Part shown: positions 39,039-49,166 of the stretch, piece after piece
Numbering within the stretch: the stretch's first letter is position 1
Layout of the letters: each line of letters begins with the position of its first letter
Source of the DNA: a virus
Virus record (IMG/VR): IMGVR_UViG_3300020419_000004
Length of the DNA: 64,000 bases
Strand: one strand, 5' to 3'
The notes under the pieces: model-generated
Seen by the model: the letters and a program-made list of their open reading frames with translations, nothing else
What the model was told of the DNA's origin: nothing
Database searches by the model: none
Position numbers and translations under genes: made by a program

Positions 39039-40081
39039 AGATTGCTATAATAACAGATCAGCACTTCGGTGCAAGGAAGTCTAGTCGAATATTTCATGAC
39101 TTCTTTAAAAAATTCTATAGAAATGTATTCTTTCCTACCCTAAAAAAACGTGGCATCGACACGGTTCTAGACCTAGGAGATACATTTGATAACCGTAGGA
39201 ACTTAGATATATGGGCAGCACAGTGGGCAACCCATAATTATTTTGATGTACTAAAGGACATGGGAGTACAAGTTCATGCCTTAGTAGGAAACCACACAGC
39301 ATATTTTAAGAATACTAATCTAGTAAACACTCTCGTAACTACAGTTGGAGAGTATGATAACGTAACAATATACAGTAAAGCAACTGAGGTAGAGATAGGT
39401 GGACTACCTATTCTATTCATACCTTGGATCAATGAAGAGAATCATGATGAGACATATGATCTAATAGCAAAGAGTAAGTGTCCAGTAGCAATGGGACACC
39501 TAGAACTCAATGGATTTGAAGCACACAGAGGTTACATCATGGATCATGGTGCTGCTACTTCTCCCTATAGAAAATTTGAAAAGGTATTCTCAGGTCACTA
39601 TCACCAAAGAAGCACCAGAGAAAACATAACATACCTAGGTAATCCATACCAGATCTATTGGAATGACTACAATTGTAAACGTGGTTTCCATATATTTGAT
39701 ACTGAAACTAAAGAATTGGAGTTTATACCGAACCCTTATAGCGTCTATCAGAAAATATACTACAATGAAGATCAGTTAAATAGTAGCAAGTTTAAGTATA
39801 CAGATTACACAGAAAATTTTGTCAAGATCATTGTAGAAAAGAAAAAGGACACAGATAAATTTGAGTTCTTCATCAGTCAACTATATGCTGCTGGTGTACA
39901 TGAGATCAAAGTCATCGAGGATCCATCCTTTGAGCAAGATCTAAGTGAAGAGATTGATATTGAAAAGGAAGATACCCTTACTATCCTTGACAAATATGTT
40001 GATGAGATAGAGTATAAAGACAAACCTGCACTTAAATCCATTCTTAAAACCTTATATGTGGAAGCACTGGAGATCGTTTGA
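39035..40081 (+). CDS. gp47: Recombination endonuclease subunit gp47 (Mre11/SbcD-like)
   Basis: ITDQHFG, LGDTFD, VGNH, GHLEL.GF, FSGHYH. Confidence 0.95.
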   Translation: MKIAIITDQHFGARKSSRIFHDFFKKFYRNVFFPTLKKRGIDTVLDLGDTFDNRRNLDIWAAQWATHNYFDVLKDMGVQVHALVGNHTAYFKNTNLVNTLVTTVGEYDNVTIYSKATEVEIGGLPILFIPWINEENHDETYDLIAKSKCPVAMGHLELNGFEAHRGYIMDHGAATSPYRKFEKVFSGHYHQRSTRENITYLGNPYQIYWNDYNCKRGFHIFDTETKELEFIPNPYSVYQKIYYNEDQLNSSKFKYTDYTENFVKIIVEKKKDTDKFEFFISQLYAAGVHEIKVIEDPSFEQDLSEEIDIEKEDTLTILDKYVDEIEYKDKPALKSILKTLYVEALEIV

Positions 40082-40335
40082 TGTATATTCTAGCAGTGAC
40101 AGGCAAAGAAAAGGAAGGTGCCTACTCTGTTAAAGGTGAAAGTAACCAATTAGTTTACATGTTCCTTGACAAAGACGACGCAGTACGCTATGCTGGACTT
40201 CTGGAAGCTGATAACTTTCCAGATATGTCAGTGGTAGAGGTGGATGATCGTGAGATTATTCAAGCTTGTGTCACTAGCGGTCATGAATATTATGTTGTCA
40301 CTCCTGATGATATAGTAGTACCCCCTAGGGAATAA
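40078..40335 (+). CDS. Conserved hypothetical protein (DUF3110-like)
   Basis: EGAYSV...F.DKDDA.RYAGLLEA..F pattern; between gp47 and gp46. Confidence 0.6.
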   Translation: MMYILAVTGKEKEGAYSVKGESNQLVYMFLDKDDAVRYAGLLEADNFPDMSVVEVDDREIIQACVTSGHEYYVVTPDDIVVPPRE

Positions 40336-40344
40336 TTTGTCTAA

Positions 40345-42060
40345 ATGATTTTGTTTAAGTCTGTACGTTGGAAGAACTTTCTTTCAACTGGTAATGTTTA
40401 TAGTGAAATAAGACTTGATGCAAGTCCTGCTACTCTGATAGTTGGATCAAACGGTGCAGGTAAATCCACATTCTTGGATGCTATCTGTTTTGGTTTATTC
40501 AACAAACCTTTTCGTAAGATAACCAAAACGCAACTGGTTAACGCAGTCAACGAAAAGGATCTGCTCGTCGAGATAGAATTTAGTATTGGTTCTCGTGACT
40601 ATATGATACGTCGTGGATTTAAACCTACGGTGTTTGAAATCTATCTCAATGGTAAAATGCTTTCACAAGAAGCAGCGATGAACGAGCAGCAAAAGCATCT
40701 GGAGCAGAGTATACTGAGGTTGAATTATAAATCATTTACTCAGGTGGTGATCTTAGGATCATCTTGCTTTGTTCCTTTCATGCAACTTACACCCCCCAAC
40801 CGTAGAGAGGTTATTGAAGATCTCCTAGATATTCGTATCTTCTCTACTATGAATTCTTTACTGAGGGAGAAGGCAAAAGTTGTAAGAGAATCACTTAGAG
40901 AATGTGAGTACAAAGTTGACCTTGCTAAGAACAAGGTTGAGATGCAACAAAACCTTATTGCTAATTTACAGGAGCAATCAAATGCAAATACCTCCAGACG
41001 AAAAGGAGAGATCAAAGATCTTGAAGGAGAAATCTCTAGCACAAATGATGCAGTTACAAAGGGATTGGGAGAACTCTCGTCTAAAGAAAAAAGCTTAGAA
41101 GCATATGGTGATCTAGATAAGGAGCAAACAGAACTCCTTGTATTCCAAGACAGATTTAAAACTAAGAAGAAAGCTTTTGATAAAGAGTATAAGTTCTTTG
41201 ATAAGAATGATACCTGTCCTACATGTCGCCAAGCAATTACAGAAGAATTAAAACACGACAAGAAGAAAGTTATAAACGTTTCTCTAAAAGAATTAGATGA
41301 TGCATCCGTAGCACTTCAACAGAAACTGGACATCATACTAGAGAAGGTCAGTGAAAGAAATATTGTAATGAATGAACTCAGAGAAATCAATGAGAGAATT
41401 AGTAGTTGCAATAAAGAAATACAATGGAAGAAGAAACAGATAAAACAAATAGAAGATAAAATTGACACAGGTGCATCTGGTAGTCTTAAGAAAGAGAAAG
41501 AAAGATTAAAAGAAATTGCTGCTGATGGTATGAAGGTAGGGGAATCCCTACTTGACACTAAGAAACAAAGAGATGACTACGATGTCGTTTCTAATATGCT
41601 CAGGGATAGTGGTATCAAATCAGTCATCATCAAGAAGTATCTCCCAGTCATGAACCAGTTGGTCAACAGGTATCTTAAAGAATTAGATTTCTACGTATCA
41701 TTTGATCTCAATGAAAACTTTGAGGAGACTATCAAGTCAAGGTTTAGAGATGAGTTTACTTACTCTTCTTTTTCTGAAGGGGAGAAGATGAGGATTGACC
41801 TTGCTCTACTATTCACTTGGAGAACTATTGCCAAGATGAAGAACAGTGCTAATACTAATCTGCTGATCTTAGATGAGATCTTTGACAGTAGTTTAGATAC
41901 ATCAGGTACAGATGATTTTCTCAAGATACTACATACTGTATCCGACAGTACTAATGTCTTTGTGATCTCTCATAAAACAGAATCATTACAAGACAGATTT
42001 GCAGCAACTCTAAAGGTTGAGAAGAAACAAAACTTCTCAGTAATTTCAAAGGAAGAATAA
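40345..42060 (+). CDS. gp46: Recombination ATPase gp46 (Rad50/SbcC-like)
   Basis: NFLSTGN, GSNGAGKS, zinc hook CPTC, FSEGEKMRIDL, LILDEIFD, VISH. Confidence 0.96.
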   Translation: MILFKSVRWKNFLSTGNVYSEIRLDASPATLIVGSNGAGKSTFLDAICFGLFNKPFRKITKTQLVNAVNEKDLLVEIEFSIGSRDYMIRRGFKPTVFEIYLNGKMLSQEAAMNEQQKHLEQSILRLNYKSFTQVVILGSSCFVPFMQLTPPNRREVIEDLLDIRIFSTMNSLLREKAKVVRESLRECEYKVDLAKNKVEMQQNLIANLQEQSNANTSRRKGEIKDLEGEISSTNDAVTKGLGELSSKEKSLEAYGDLDKEQTELLVFQDRFKTKKKAFDKEYKFFDKNDTCPTCRQAITEELKHDKKKVINVSLKELDDASVALQQKLDIILEKVSERNIVMNELREINERISSCNKEIQWKKKQIKQIEDKIDTGASGSLKKEKERLKEIAADGMKVGESLLDTKKQRDDYDVVSNMLRDSGIKSVIIKKYLPVMNQLVNRYLKELDFYVSFDLNENFEETIKSRFRDEFTYSSFSEGEKMRIDLALLFTWRTIAKMKNSANTNLLILDEIFDSSLDTSGTDDFLKILHTVSDSTNVFVISHKTESLQDRFAATLKVEKKQNFSVISKEE

Positions 42061-42061
42061 C

Positions 42062-42490
42062 ATGACAGTTTACAACGACGTTCCTCATGGAGGAAAACAC
42101 GTAATGACATCATCAGGTGCGGTGCCTGGTAAAGATATCACATCCGAATCTGAAACAGCACAGACAACAGGTACAGATGTACCCGAAGATCAACAGCATT
42201 TATTTGAGTCAGGTCTAGGGGATAATCCATCCAAACCTCCAATGAACTATCAAGGAGCTCCACTTCAAAATGGGATGACTGGTCACGTTAGTTTAAATGG
42301 TGGACTTCATCCTGATACTTATGCAGAGCATGACTGGGCAAGACAGGATAGACTTGATATGATTGGTAAGATAGATGCAATCAACCATAAGTTAGATCAC
42401 ATCTTAGAACACTTCCATCACAATACAACATGGACTGCTAATCTAGGTGGTGGCAACCAGATTACATTTAAGAAAGATAGTGCTTGCTGA
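42062..42490 (+). CDS. Hypothetical protein
   Basis: 142-aa ORF with a low-complexity N-half and short C-terminal coiled segment. Confidence 0.55.
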   Translation: MTVYNDVPHGGKHVMTSSGAVPGKDITSESETAQTTGTDVPEDQQHLFESGLGDNPSKPPMNYQGAPLQNGMTGHVSLNGGLHPDTYAEHDWARQDRLDMIGKIDAINHKLDHILEHFHHNTTWTANLGGGNQITFKKDSAC

Positions 42491-43058
42491 AGTATACGAT
42501 AATAAATTCGATCCAAAATATCTCCATGATATCTTTGCTACCCTTCAAGGTAAGTTAAGATATAGAGCATGTAACGTTGCTAATGCAACCACATGGCCAT
42601 ACCATCAGGAAGGTAGTCATAGATTATTTGGATCTACAATCTTTGCAAGACATCATCCCAATATCATATCATATTTGGATAACGAGAATGCTCCTACCTT
42701 CTTTAAGATGTTTGAGTTTCTCTGTAGAATAAAAAATCTTGACAGCACACGTGTATATCTGAACAGGATAGATGTAAACCTCCAACACAGTGGATGTGAC
42801 GGAACGTTACATATTGACAGCAATGGTCCCACAGATCGCTCTCAGCATACTATAATGGTAATGCCGAACCCGATATGGGAAAAAGAATGGGGTGGTAAAT
42901 TCCAAATCTTTTCTGAGGACAGATCAGAAATGCTAGAGGAGTATGAATATGTTCCTGGTAGGATCATAGTCTTTCCATCACACTATCCACATAGAGGACT
43001 AGGTCCCACAAAAGAGTATATGTATAGATACTCTATAGTATTTGGATTGATCCTATGA
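42480..43058 (+). CDS. 2OG-Fe(II) oxygenase (prolyl-hydroxylase-like)
   Basis: LHID (H-x-D), W..EWGG, PGRIIVFP...PHRG, R.SIVF; probable GTG start at 42480. Confidence 0.8.
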   Translation: MLAEVYDNKFDPKYLHDIFATLQGKLRYRACNVANATTWPYHQEGSHRLFGSTIFARHHPNIISYLDNENAPTFFKMFEFLCRIKNLDSTRVYLNRIDVNLQHSGCDGTLHIDSNGPTDRSQHTIMVMPNPIWEKEWGGKFQIFSEDRSEMLEEYEYVPGRIIVFPSHYPHRGLGPTKEYMYRYSIVFGLIL

Positions 43059-43228
43059 AGGTACCTAATTGGCAGCATCATTCCAAGAAGGAAAAGAAAC
43101 GCCATCTAAAACCACAAGCATTGCGACAAGCACGTGCCAGAAGAAACCAGTTGACAAAGTGTCTACTCAACCGTCCCAAGGGGCGGTTTTTTAGTATAAT
43201 TAATAGTATAGACACACAACTGACATGA
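43055..43228 (+). CDS. 57-aa highly basic protein (not in ORF track)
   Basis: MKVPNWQHHSKKEKKRHLKPQALRQARARR...; ATGA overlaps at both ends. Confidence 0.6.
   Translation: MKVPNWQHHSKKEKKRHLKPQALRQARARRNQLTKCLLNRPKGRFFSIINSIDTQLT
43169..43192 (+). terminator. Terminator-like hairpin between TTGACA (43151) and TATAAT (43195)
   Basis: AACCGTCC-CAAG-GGGCGGTT followed by a T run. Confidence 0.55.
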
Positions 43229-45426
43229 ACCTCGTTAAAGAATCACTCGCTAAACTACTCGCTACAGAAGACCTTATCGTTGAGACTAGAAGTGTTGACA
43301 CTGCACAGTTTGACGTAGAGAATAGAATACTAACCTTACCTAACTGGGAGCATGACAAAACTCAGGTCATAGATGCATTGATTGCACATGAGGTAGGTCA
43401 TGCACTATACACTCCTAATGACTGGTCTTTCCTTGAGGAGGTTCCAATGCCTTATGTTAATTTGTGTGAGGACATTCGTATTGAGAAGTTGATGAAGCGT
43501 AGATACGAGGGTATTGCTAAGACATTCTTTCAAGGTTACAAGCAACTTGCAGCAGATGACTTCTTCCAGATCAATGAGCGTGGTGTTGATAGTCTAAGTC
43601 TTGTAGACAGATTAAACATACAGTACAAGGTAGGTAACTTCACTGATGTTTCTTTCTCAGATGAGGAGAGTGTATTCCTTCCTAAGTGTGATGCACTAGA
43701 AACATTTGACGATGCAGTTGCACTTGCTAAAGAGATACATGCTTACATGAAAGATCAGTTTGATAAGCAACAGCAGCAACAGACTGAGGGTGAGGGTGAT
43801 CCAGTAGCAGTTCCATCTGGAGAAGGTAATGGTCTTGAGGAAGGCAATCCTTTAGAAGATCTATCTACAGGTAAAGGTCAACCTAAGTCAGAAGAAGAAG
43901 GAGAGGGAGAAGGTACTGCAGCAAATCCATCTGCATCTGATACTCCTGAGAATACAGGTGGTGCTGTAGATGCAGGTAGAAACTCAGGTGAACCAACAGA
44001 GTTCGATCCAACTGTAGAAACTATGGATGCTTTGAATGATGCACTTAAAAATCTTGCTAATACTGAAGCACAGGAATATGACTACGTAGAGTTACCTAAG
44101 ACTATCAGCAGTAAGTACTTCATATCTAACAAAGAAGTTAGTGACATTGCAAATAATTTCTACGTAGAGAAAGAAAACCTTGCAAATCAAAAAGACTTTG
44201 CAGATCAGTATGACATGCACATGGCAAGAGAGTACACTAAAAACTTAAGCGAAGCAGATGCTGACTTCAGAAAATTCAAAATGTCACAAAACAAAGAAGT
44301 CAACTACATGGTTAAAGAGTTTGAGATGAAGAAGTCAGCAGACAGTTATGCTCGTGCTACTGTTTCTAGAACTGGTGTTCTTAATACAGCAAAACTTCAT
44401 ACCTACAAGTACAACGATGATCTTTTCAGAAAAGTAACTACTGTACCTGATGGTAAGAACCACGGATTAATCTTTAATGTTGATTGGTCTGGTTCTATGT
44501 CCAACTGTATCCTTGATACAATCAAGCAAGTACTTACACTAGTATCATTCTGTCGTAAGGTTGGTATTGCTTATGATGTATACCTCTTCTCCGATAACTT
44601 TGAGAAGGATCAGCATAAGTATCATGAAGATCCAAGCACTGAGGGTAAGGTTATCCTACGTGACTTCCGTATGCTTAATGTACTTACAAGTAGCAGCAAC
44701 AATAGATCTCATGACAAACAGGCACACAACTTATTCCGTCTTGCAAGTAGTTTCAGAGGGTACTACAGTTGTGGTATTCCTCACGGACTAAACTTAGGTG
44801 GTACTCCATTGAATGAAGCAACTGTTGCTCTAAACCATATCATTCCTGAGTTCCAAAAGAGAACTGGTTCACAAAAAGTTCACGTTATCAATCTAACTGA
44901 TGGCGAAGGTTTCACACTAAAGTTTGGTAAGAAGGTTGTTTCACAATATGATGGTTCAGTATCATTCATCGGTAGAAACTGCAACGCATCAACCAGACTA
45001 CGTGACCGTCAAACTGGTAAACAGTATTCATTTACTAATGACCAGTACAACCAGACAGACACATTCATCTACCAACTACGTGACAGATTTCCTCAGTGTG
45101 AGTTCATGAACATCCGTCTTGTTGCAGGTAATGACTGGTACAGATTTAAGCGTGGTTGCTTAGGTTATGAGTATGGTGAAGGTAACGATCAAGCATGGGC
45201 AGAAGCAGACAGAGAGTGGAAGAAGACTAGATCTTTCATATGCTTATCTTCTGCATACACCGTACAGTATGCTATGGCAGTCTCTGCACTCAACAATGAT
45301 GCTGAGTTTGAGATCGAGAAAGAGGATTACACCAAGGCAGACATCAAGAGAGCATTCACTAAGTCTCTTAAAGGTAAGAAGATGAACAAGAAGATCCTAT
45401 CATCCTTCATCTCACGTATCGCATAA
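43225..45426 (+). CDS. HExxH metallopeptidase-like plus vWA domain protein (CobT-like partner of the MoxR ATPase)
   Basis: AHEVGH and N..ED.RIE; acidic linker; MIDAS DWSGSM, GGTPL, LTDGE. Confidence 0.8.
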   Translation: MNLVKESLAKLLATEDLIVETRSVDTAQFDVENRILTLPNWEHDKTQVIDALIAHEVGHALYTPNDWSFLEEVPMPYVNLCEDIRIEKLMKRRYEGIAKTFFQGYKQLAADDFFQINERGVDSLSLVDRLNIQYKVGNFTDVSFSDEESVFLPKCDALETFDDAVALAKEIHAYMKDQFDKQQQQQTEGEGDPVAVPSGEGNGLEEGNPLEDLSTGKGQPKSEEEGEGEGTAANPSASDTPENTGGAVDAGRNSGEPTEFDPTVETMDALNDALKNLANTEAQEYDYVELPKTISSKYFISNKEVSDIANNFYVEKENLANQKDFADQYDMHMAREYTKNLSEADADFRKFKMSQNKEVNYMVKEFEMKKSADSYARATVSRTGVLNTAKLHTYKYNDDLFRKVTTVPDGKNHGLIFNVDWSGSMSNCILDTIKQVLTLVSFCRKVGIAYDVYLFSDNFEKDQHKYHEDPSTEGKVILRDFRMLNVLTSSSNNRSHDKQAHNLFRLASSFRGYYSCGIPHGLNLGGTPLNEATVALNHIIPEFQKRTGSQKVHVINLTDGEGFTLKFGKKVVSQYDGSVSFIGRNCNASTRLRDRQTGKQYSFTNDQYNQTDTFIYQLRDRFPQCEFMNIRLVAGNDWYRFKRGCLGYEYGEGNDQAWAEADREWKKTRSFICLSSAYTVQYAMAVSALNNDAEFEIEKEDYTKADIKRAFTKSLKGKKMNKKILSSFISRIA

Positions 45427-45450
45427 AAACCACTTGACAAAGTGGCACAC

Positions 45451-45474
45451 GACCCCTACACAGGGGTCTTTTTT
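45451..45474 (+). terminator. Rho-independent terminator
   Basis: GACCCCT-ACAC-AGGGGTC followed by T6; preceded by TTGACAAAGTGGCAC. Confidence 0.7.
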
Positions 45475-45519
45475 ATTGGTATTATTAATATATACAAACG
45501 CAATTCCAATTTTTACATC

Positions 45520-46596
45520 ATGACCTTCGAGAGAAAACTATCCGTCAACTTCGTTGAAGAACTACGTGAACAGTATGGTAGTGAGATAGACGCATCTCAT
45601 GTTAAGAAGTATGCAGCATCACAGAACTGCACATATGCTACAGTAGGTGGCAAGTTAACTAAACTAGGTTACAAAGTTAAGAAGGGTGCATGGAAACTAA
45701 CTATCGCTGAAGGTAGAGAGATCCTAGAGAAATCACTCTCAGCACCCTCTGTATTGCCCTCAGCAGAGAGAAACCTAGTTCCTTCTATAGATAGCACCTT
45801 CGTTAAGTTTGGTAATTTTACTGACGTTAAGAAAATTATTTCTTCTAAGTTATTCTATCCTGCATTCATTACAGGTTTATCTGGCAACGGTAAGACATTC
45901 TCTGTAGAGCAAGCATGTGCTCAGGCAAAGAGAGAACTCATCAGAGTTAACATCTCTATCGAGACAGACGAAGATGATCTCATCGGTGGTTTCAGACTTG
46001 TTGATGGCAACACAGTATGGCACAACGGTCCTGTCATCGAAGCACTTGAAAGAGGTGCAGTTCTATTACTTGACGAGATCGACCTAGCATCTAACAAGAT
46101 CCTATGTCTACAGTCTATCCTTGAAGGTAAGGGTGTCTTCCTTAAGAAGATAGGTAAGTTCGTACAACCTTCACCAGGTTTTACAGTTGTTGCTACTGCT
46201 AACACTAAGGGTAAGGGTTCAGAAGATGGTAGGTTCGTAGGTACTAACGTACTCAACGAAGCATTCCTAGAAAGGTTCCCTGTTACTTTTGAGCAGTCAT
46301 ACCCATCAACTGTAAGTGAGCAGAAGATGCTTGACATCATCAATCCTCAGGATGACTTCAATAAGAAGTTAGTTGACTGGGCAGACATCATCCGTAAGAC
46401 ATTCTACGATGGTGGTATTGATGAGGTTATCAGCACACGTAGACTTGTGCACATCGTTAAAGCATACCAGATCTTTGGTAACCGTGCTAAGGCAATCACC
46501 ACTTGTATCAGTAGGTTTGACGATGAGACAAAGCAAGCATTCCAAGAGTTATATGACAAGGTGGATGCAGATGTTGACTTTGAGGAAAAAGTTTGA
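45520..46596 (+). CDS. cobS: MoxR/CobS-like AAA+ ATPase
   Basis: GLSGNGKT Walker A, RVNISIETDEDDLIGGF, LLLDEID Walker B, ATANTKG.G, NEAFLERF; start ATG 45520. Confidence 0.88.
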   Translation: MTFERKLSVNFVEELREQYGSEIDASHVKKYAASQNCTYATVGGKLTKLGYKVKKGAWKLTIAEGREILEKSLSAPSVLPSAERNLVPSIDSTFVKFGNFTDVKKIISSKLFYPAFITGLSGNGKTFSVEQACAQAKRELIRVNISIETDEDDLIGGFRLVDGNTVWHNGPVIEALERGAVLLLDEIDLASNKILCLQSILEGKGVFLKKIGKFVQPSPGFTVVATANTKGKGSEDGRFVGTNVLNEAFLERFPVTFEQSYPSTVSEQKMLDIINPQDDFNKKLVDWADIIRKTFYDGGIDEVISTRRLVHIVKAYQIFGNRAKAITTCISRFDDETKQAFQELYDKVDADVDFEEKV

Positions 46597-46597
46597 T

Positions 46598-47026
46598 ATG
46601 ATAAATGCATGGAGTTTAGCGGGTTCTATTTTAAGTGGAACCCTCGACGAAGAATATCCCATCAAACAGAGGTCTATGGAAGAACTTGATCCTTACGAAT
46701 ACTACGACACTTCCTTTAAGGAAAGTGACGTACACCCTATAACAGGGGATCGTAACATCGTTATAGATGAAGATAGGGTCTGTAAGTATGATGAAGATCT
46801 AACATTGGAGATAGCGAATGAGTACATCAAAGAGACTTACTCTCAGCATTATGCCAGTGGTAAAATTCAGACCCTTGATCTAATAGAAAGTATTGGAGAC
46901 GCAGAAGCATTCTGTAGATCTAATGCAATCAAGTACCTTAGTCGGTACGACAAAAAAGGTCGTCCCCAAGACGACATTCTTAAAGCAATACACTATTGTG
47001 TATTATTATATTATTTTAGTAAATGA
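46598..47026 (+). CDS. DUF3310-family protein (T7 gp1.7-like nucleotide kinase fold)
   Basis: YSQHY...IQTLDLIES..AEAFCRSNAIKYLSRYDKKG...DILKAIHY; start ATG 46598. Confidence 0.7.
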   Translation: MINAWSLAGSILSGTLDEEYPIKQRSMEELDPYEYYDTSFKESDVHPITGDRNIVIDEDRVCKYDEDLTLEIANEYIKETYSQHYASGKIQTLDLIESIGDAEAFCRSNAIKYLSRYDKKGRPQDDILKAIHYCVLLYYFSK

Positions 47027-47691
47027 AACTTTCAAAAGGTACTCTTGATATCCTCAAGAACTTCTCTAACATCAACCAATCAATCTGCTTCAAAGAAGGT
47101 ACAGAGTTATCAACTCTATCCATACAGAAGAATATATTATCACGTGCGGTGATTGAAGAGAAGTTCCCAAGGACATTTGCAATCTATGATCTAAGTGAGT
47201 TCCTATCTGGACTATCACTTTTTGAAAATCCTGACTTTACTTTTGACAATGACAACTTTGTTATGATCAAAGATAGTAAATGTCAGTCAAGATATTTCTT
47301 TGCAGATCCATCTACAATTGTACAACCACCTGAGAACAAGGTGGAACTTCCTAGTAAGGATGTGTGCTTTACTGTAGCATGGAGTGATATCTCTAACATC
47401 ATCAAGGCAGCAGCAATCTATCAGATTGAAGATCTAGCAGTTGTTGGTGATGGTGCTAGTGTTAAACTTGTCGTACGTGACAAGAAGAACGATACCTCTA
47501 ACAGTTACGCTGTCAAGGTAGGGATTACCGACAAAGAATTTTGTTTCAACTTTAAAGTTGAAAACCTCAAGTTGCTACCTGGTGATTATGAGGTTACTAT
47601 TAGTAAACAGAACGCATCTCTATTCAGAGATAGTAAAAGAGATCTTGAGTATCTCATCGCACTAGAACCTGATAGTAAGTATGAAGGATGA
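47023..47691 (+). CDS. gp45: Sliding clamp gp45
   Basis: MKLS..T..ILKNFSNINQS, FAIYDLSEFL, F.FNFKVENLK.LPGDY.V, YLIALEPDS. Confidence 0.95.
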   Translation: MKLSKGTLDILKNFSNINQSICFKEGTELSTLSIQKNILSRAVIEEKFPRTFAIYDLSEFLSGLSLFENPDFTFDNDNFVMIKDSKCQSRYFFADPSTIVQPPENKVELPSKDVCFTVAWSDISNIIKAAAIYQIEDLAVVGDGASVKLVVRDKKNDTSNSYAVKVGITDKEFCFNFKVENLKLLPGDYEVTISKQNASLFRDSKRDLEYLIALEPDSKYEG

Positions 47692-48625
47692 TTTTCTTTG
47701 GGTCGAAAAGTATCGTCCCAAAACTATTGAGCAATGTATTCTCCCATCCGACATTAAGAATACATTTCAAGCTTTTGTTTCCAATGGAGAAGTTCCTAAC
47801 TTACTCCTGTGTGGTACTGCTGGTATCGGTAAGACCACTATTGCAAAAGCATTATGCCATGAACTAGGAGTTGATTCTTATTTGATCAATGGATCAGACG
47901 AGGGTCGTTTCTTAGACACTGTACGTAACAGTGCTAAACAGTTTGCTTCAACAGTATCGTTGACCTCATCATCTAAGCATAAGGTCATCATTATAGATGA
48001 AGCAGATAACACTACACATGACGTGCAGTTATTGTTACGTGCTTCGATAGAAGAGTTCCAAAGAAATTGTAGGTTTATCTTTACCTGTAATTTCAAGAAC
48101 AAAATTATTGAACCACTACATTCTAGAACCACTGTTATTGAATGCAATGTCAGAGGAAAGGACAAACAACAAATCGCTGCTCAATTTTTTGAACGGTGTC
48201 GTGGAATACTTACCGCAGAAAATGTACAGTTTGATAATGCGGTGGTCGCTGAGGTCGTCCAGAAGTACTTCCCAGACTTCCGAAGGACACTCAACGAACT
48301 CCAAAGGTATTCCTCCACAGGGAATATCGACACTGGCATTCTGGCGGTATTAAATAATGTCAAACTTGGCGAATTATTATCGTCACTGAAGAACAAAGAG
48401 TTCTCCGTCGCACGCAAGTGGGTCAATAGTAATTTGGACAATGATCCAAATGCTATACTGCGGACAGTATATGATAACTTGTATGATGCATTGAAACCAC
48501 AGAGTATACCTCAAGCGGTTTTGATTATCTCCAAGTATCAATACCAATCTGCATTTGTCGCTGACCAAGAGATTAATCTCTTAGCAGCACTAACTGAAAT
48601 TATGGTAGAATGTGAATTCAAATGA
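47681..48625 (+). CDS. gp44: Clamp loader large subunit gp44
   Basis: LWVEKYRPK, GTAGIGKTT, IIIDEAD, FIFTCN, PLHSR, FPDFRR. Confidence 0.96.
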   Translation: MKDDFLWVEKYRPKTIEQCILPSDIKNTFQAFVSNGEVPNLLLCGTAGIGKTTIAKALCHELGVDSYLINGSDEGRFLDTVRNSAKQFASTVSLTSSSKHKVIIIDEADNTTHDVQLLLRASIEEFQRNCRFIFTCNFKNKIIEPLHSRTTVIECNVRGKDKQQIAAQFFERCRGILTAENVQFDNAVVAEVVQKYFPDFRRTLNELQRYSSTGNIDTGILAVLNNVKLGELLSSLKNKEFSVARKWVNSNLDNDPNAILRTVYDNLYDALKPQSIPQAVLIISKYQYQSAFVADQEINLLAALTEIMVECEFK

Positions 48626-48870
48626 CTAATCTAGAAAACTTCTTAGAAGAACGCGAAGCATTTAGAGCAGAACAATCTGTACGAATGGCTTCTGCATATG
48701 CCAAGAATAGAAAACTAATCAAGGCAAGAAAACAATCATCTCAAAAACTAACTGAGATTGCCTATAAGAAATGGGCAAAAGCAAAAGACCTAGAAGTAGT
48801 AGAAGAGATTAAATCTCCTTCCTTCGTAGAAAGACTTGGGTCTGCTATTGATTATTACAGGAATGTCTAA
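48622..48870 (+). CDS. Hypothetical protein
   Basis: 82-aa basic ORF coupled to gp44. Confidence 0.55.
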   Translation: MTNLENFLEEREAFRAEQSVRMASAYAKNRKLIKARKQSSQKLTEIAYKKWAKAKDLEVVEEIKSPSFVERLGSAIDYYRNV

Positions 48871-49166
48871 TGACTTTTAAAAAACGTGAGAAGATCAGAG
48901 CACAAATGAAATCTAGATTTTATTATATGTTCTGGGGTGCAGCAACTGTTGCTGTTGTAAGTGGACAACTATATGTTGGCACATCATATCGTGTTATGGC
49001 AAAGTCCATGAACAGATGGTTTGAAGAGACTGTTCAAATGCTACAAGAACCTCTTCGTCCTCCTACTGGAAGATACCTTCCTTTAGTTCCACCTCCAATG
49101 GGTGACTTTCGTGACGATCTAGACCTAACTGATTTAAACATTATTTGGTTAGATGAAGCAACTTAA
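48870..49166 (+). CDS. Hypothetical membrane protein
   Basis: Hydrophobic segment FYYMFWGAATVAVVSGQLYVG. Confidence 0.55.
   Translation: MTFKKREKIRAQMKSRFYYMFWGAATVAVVSGQLYVGTSYRVMAKSMNRWFEETVQMLQEPLRPPTGRYLPLVPPPMGDFRDDLDLTDLNIIWLDEAT

Noticed and set aside
45520-46596. cobS as evidence of phage cobalamin biosynthesis
   Set aside because: Only a MoxR-type ATPase with a vWA partner is present; no CobN or other pathway genes in the window.
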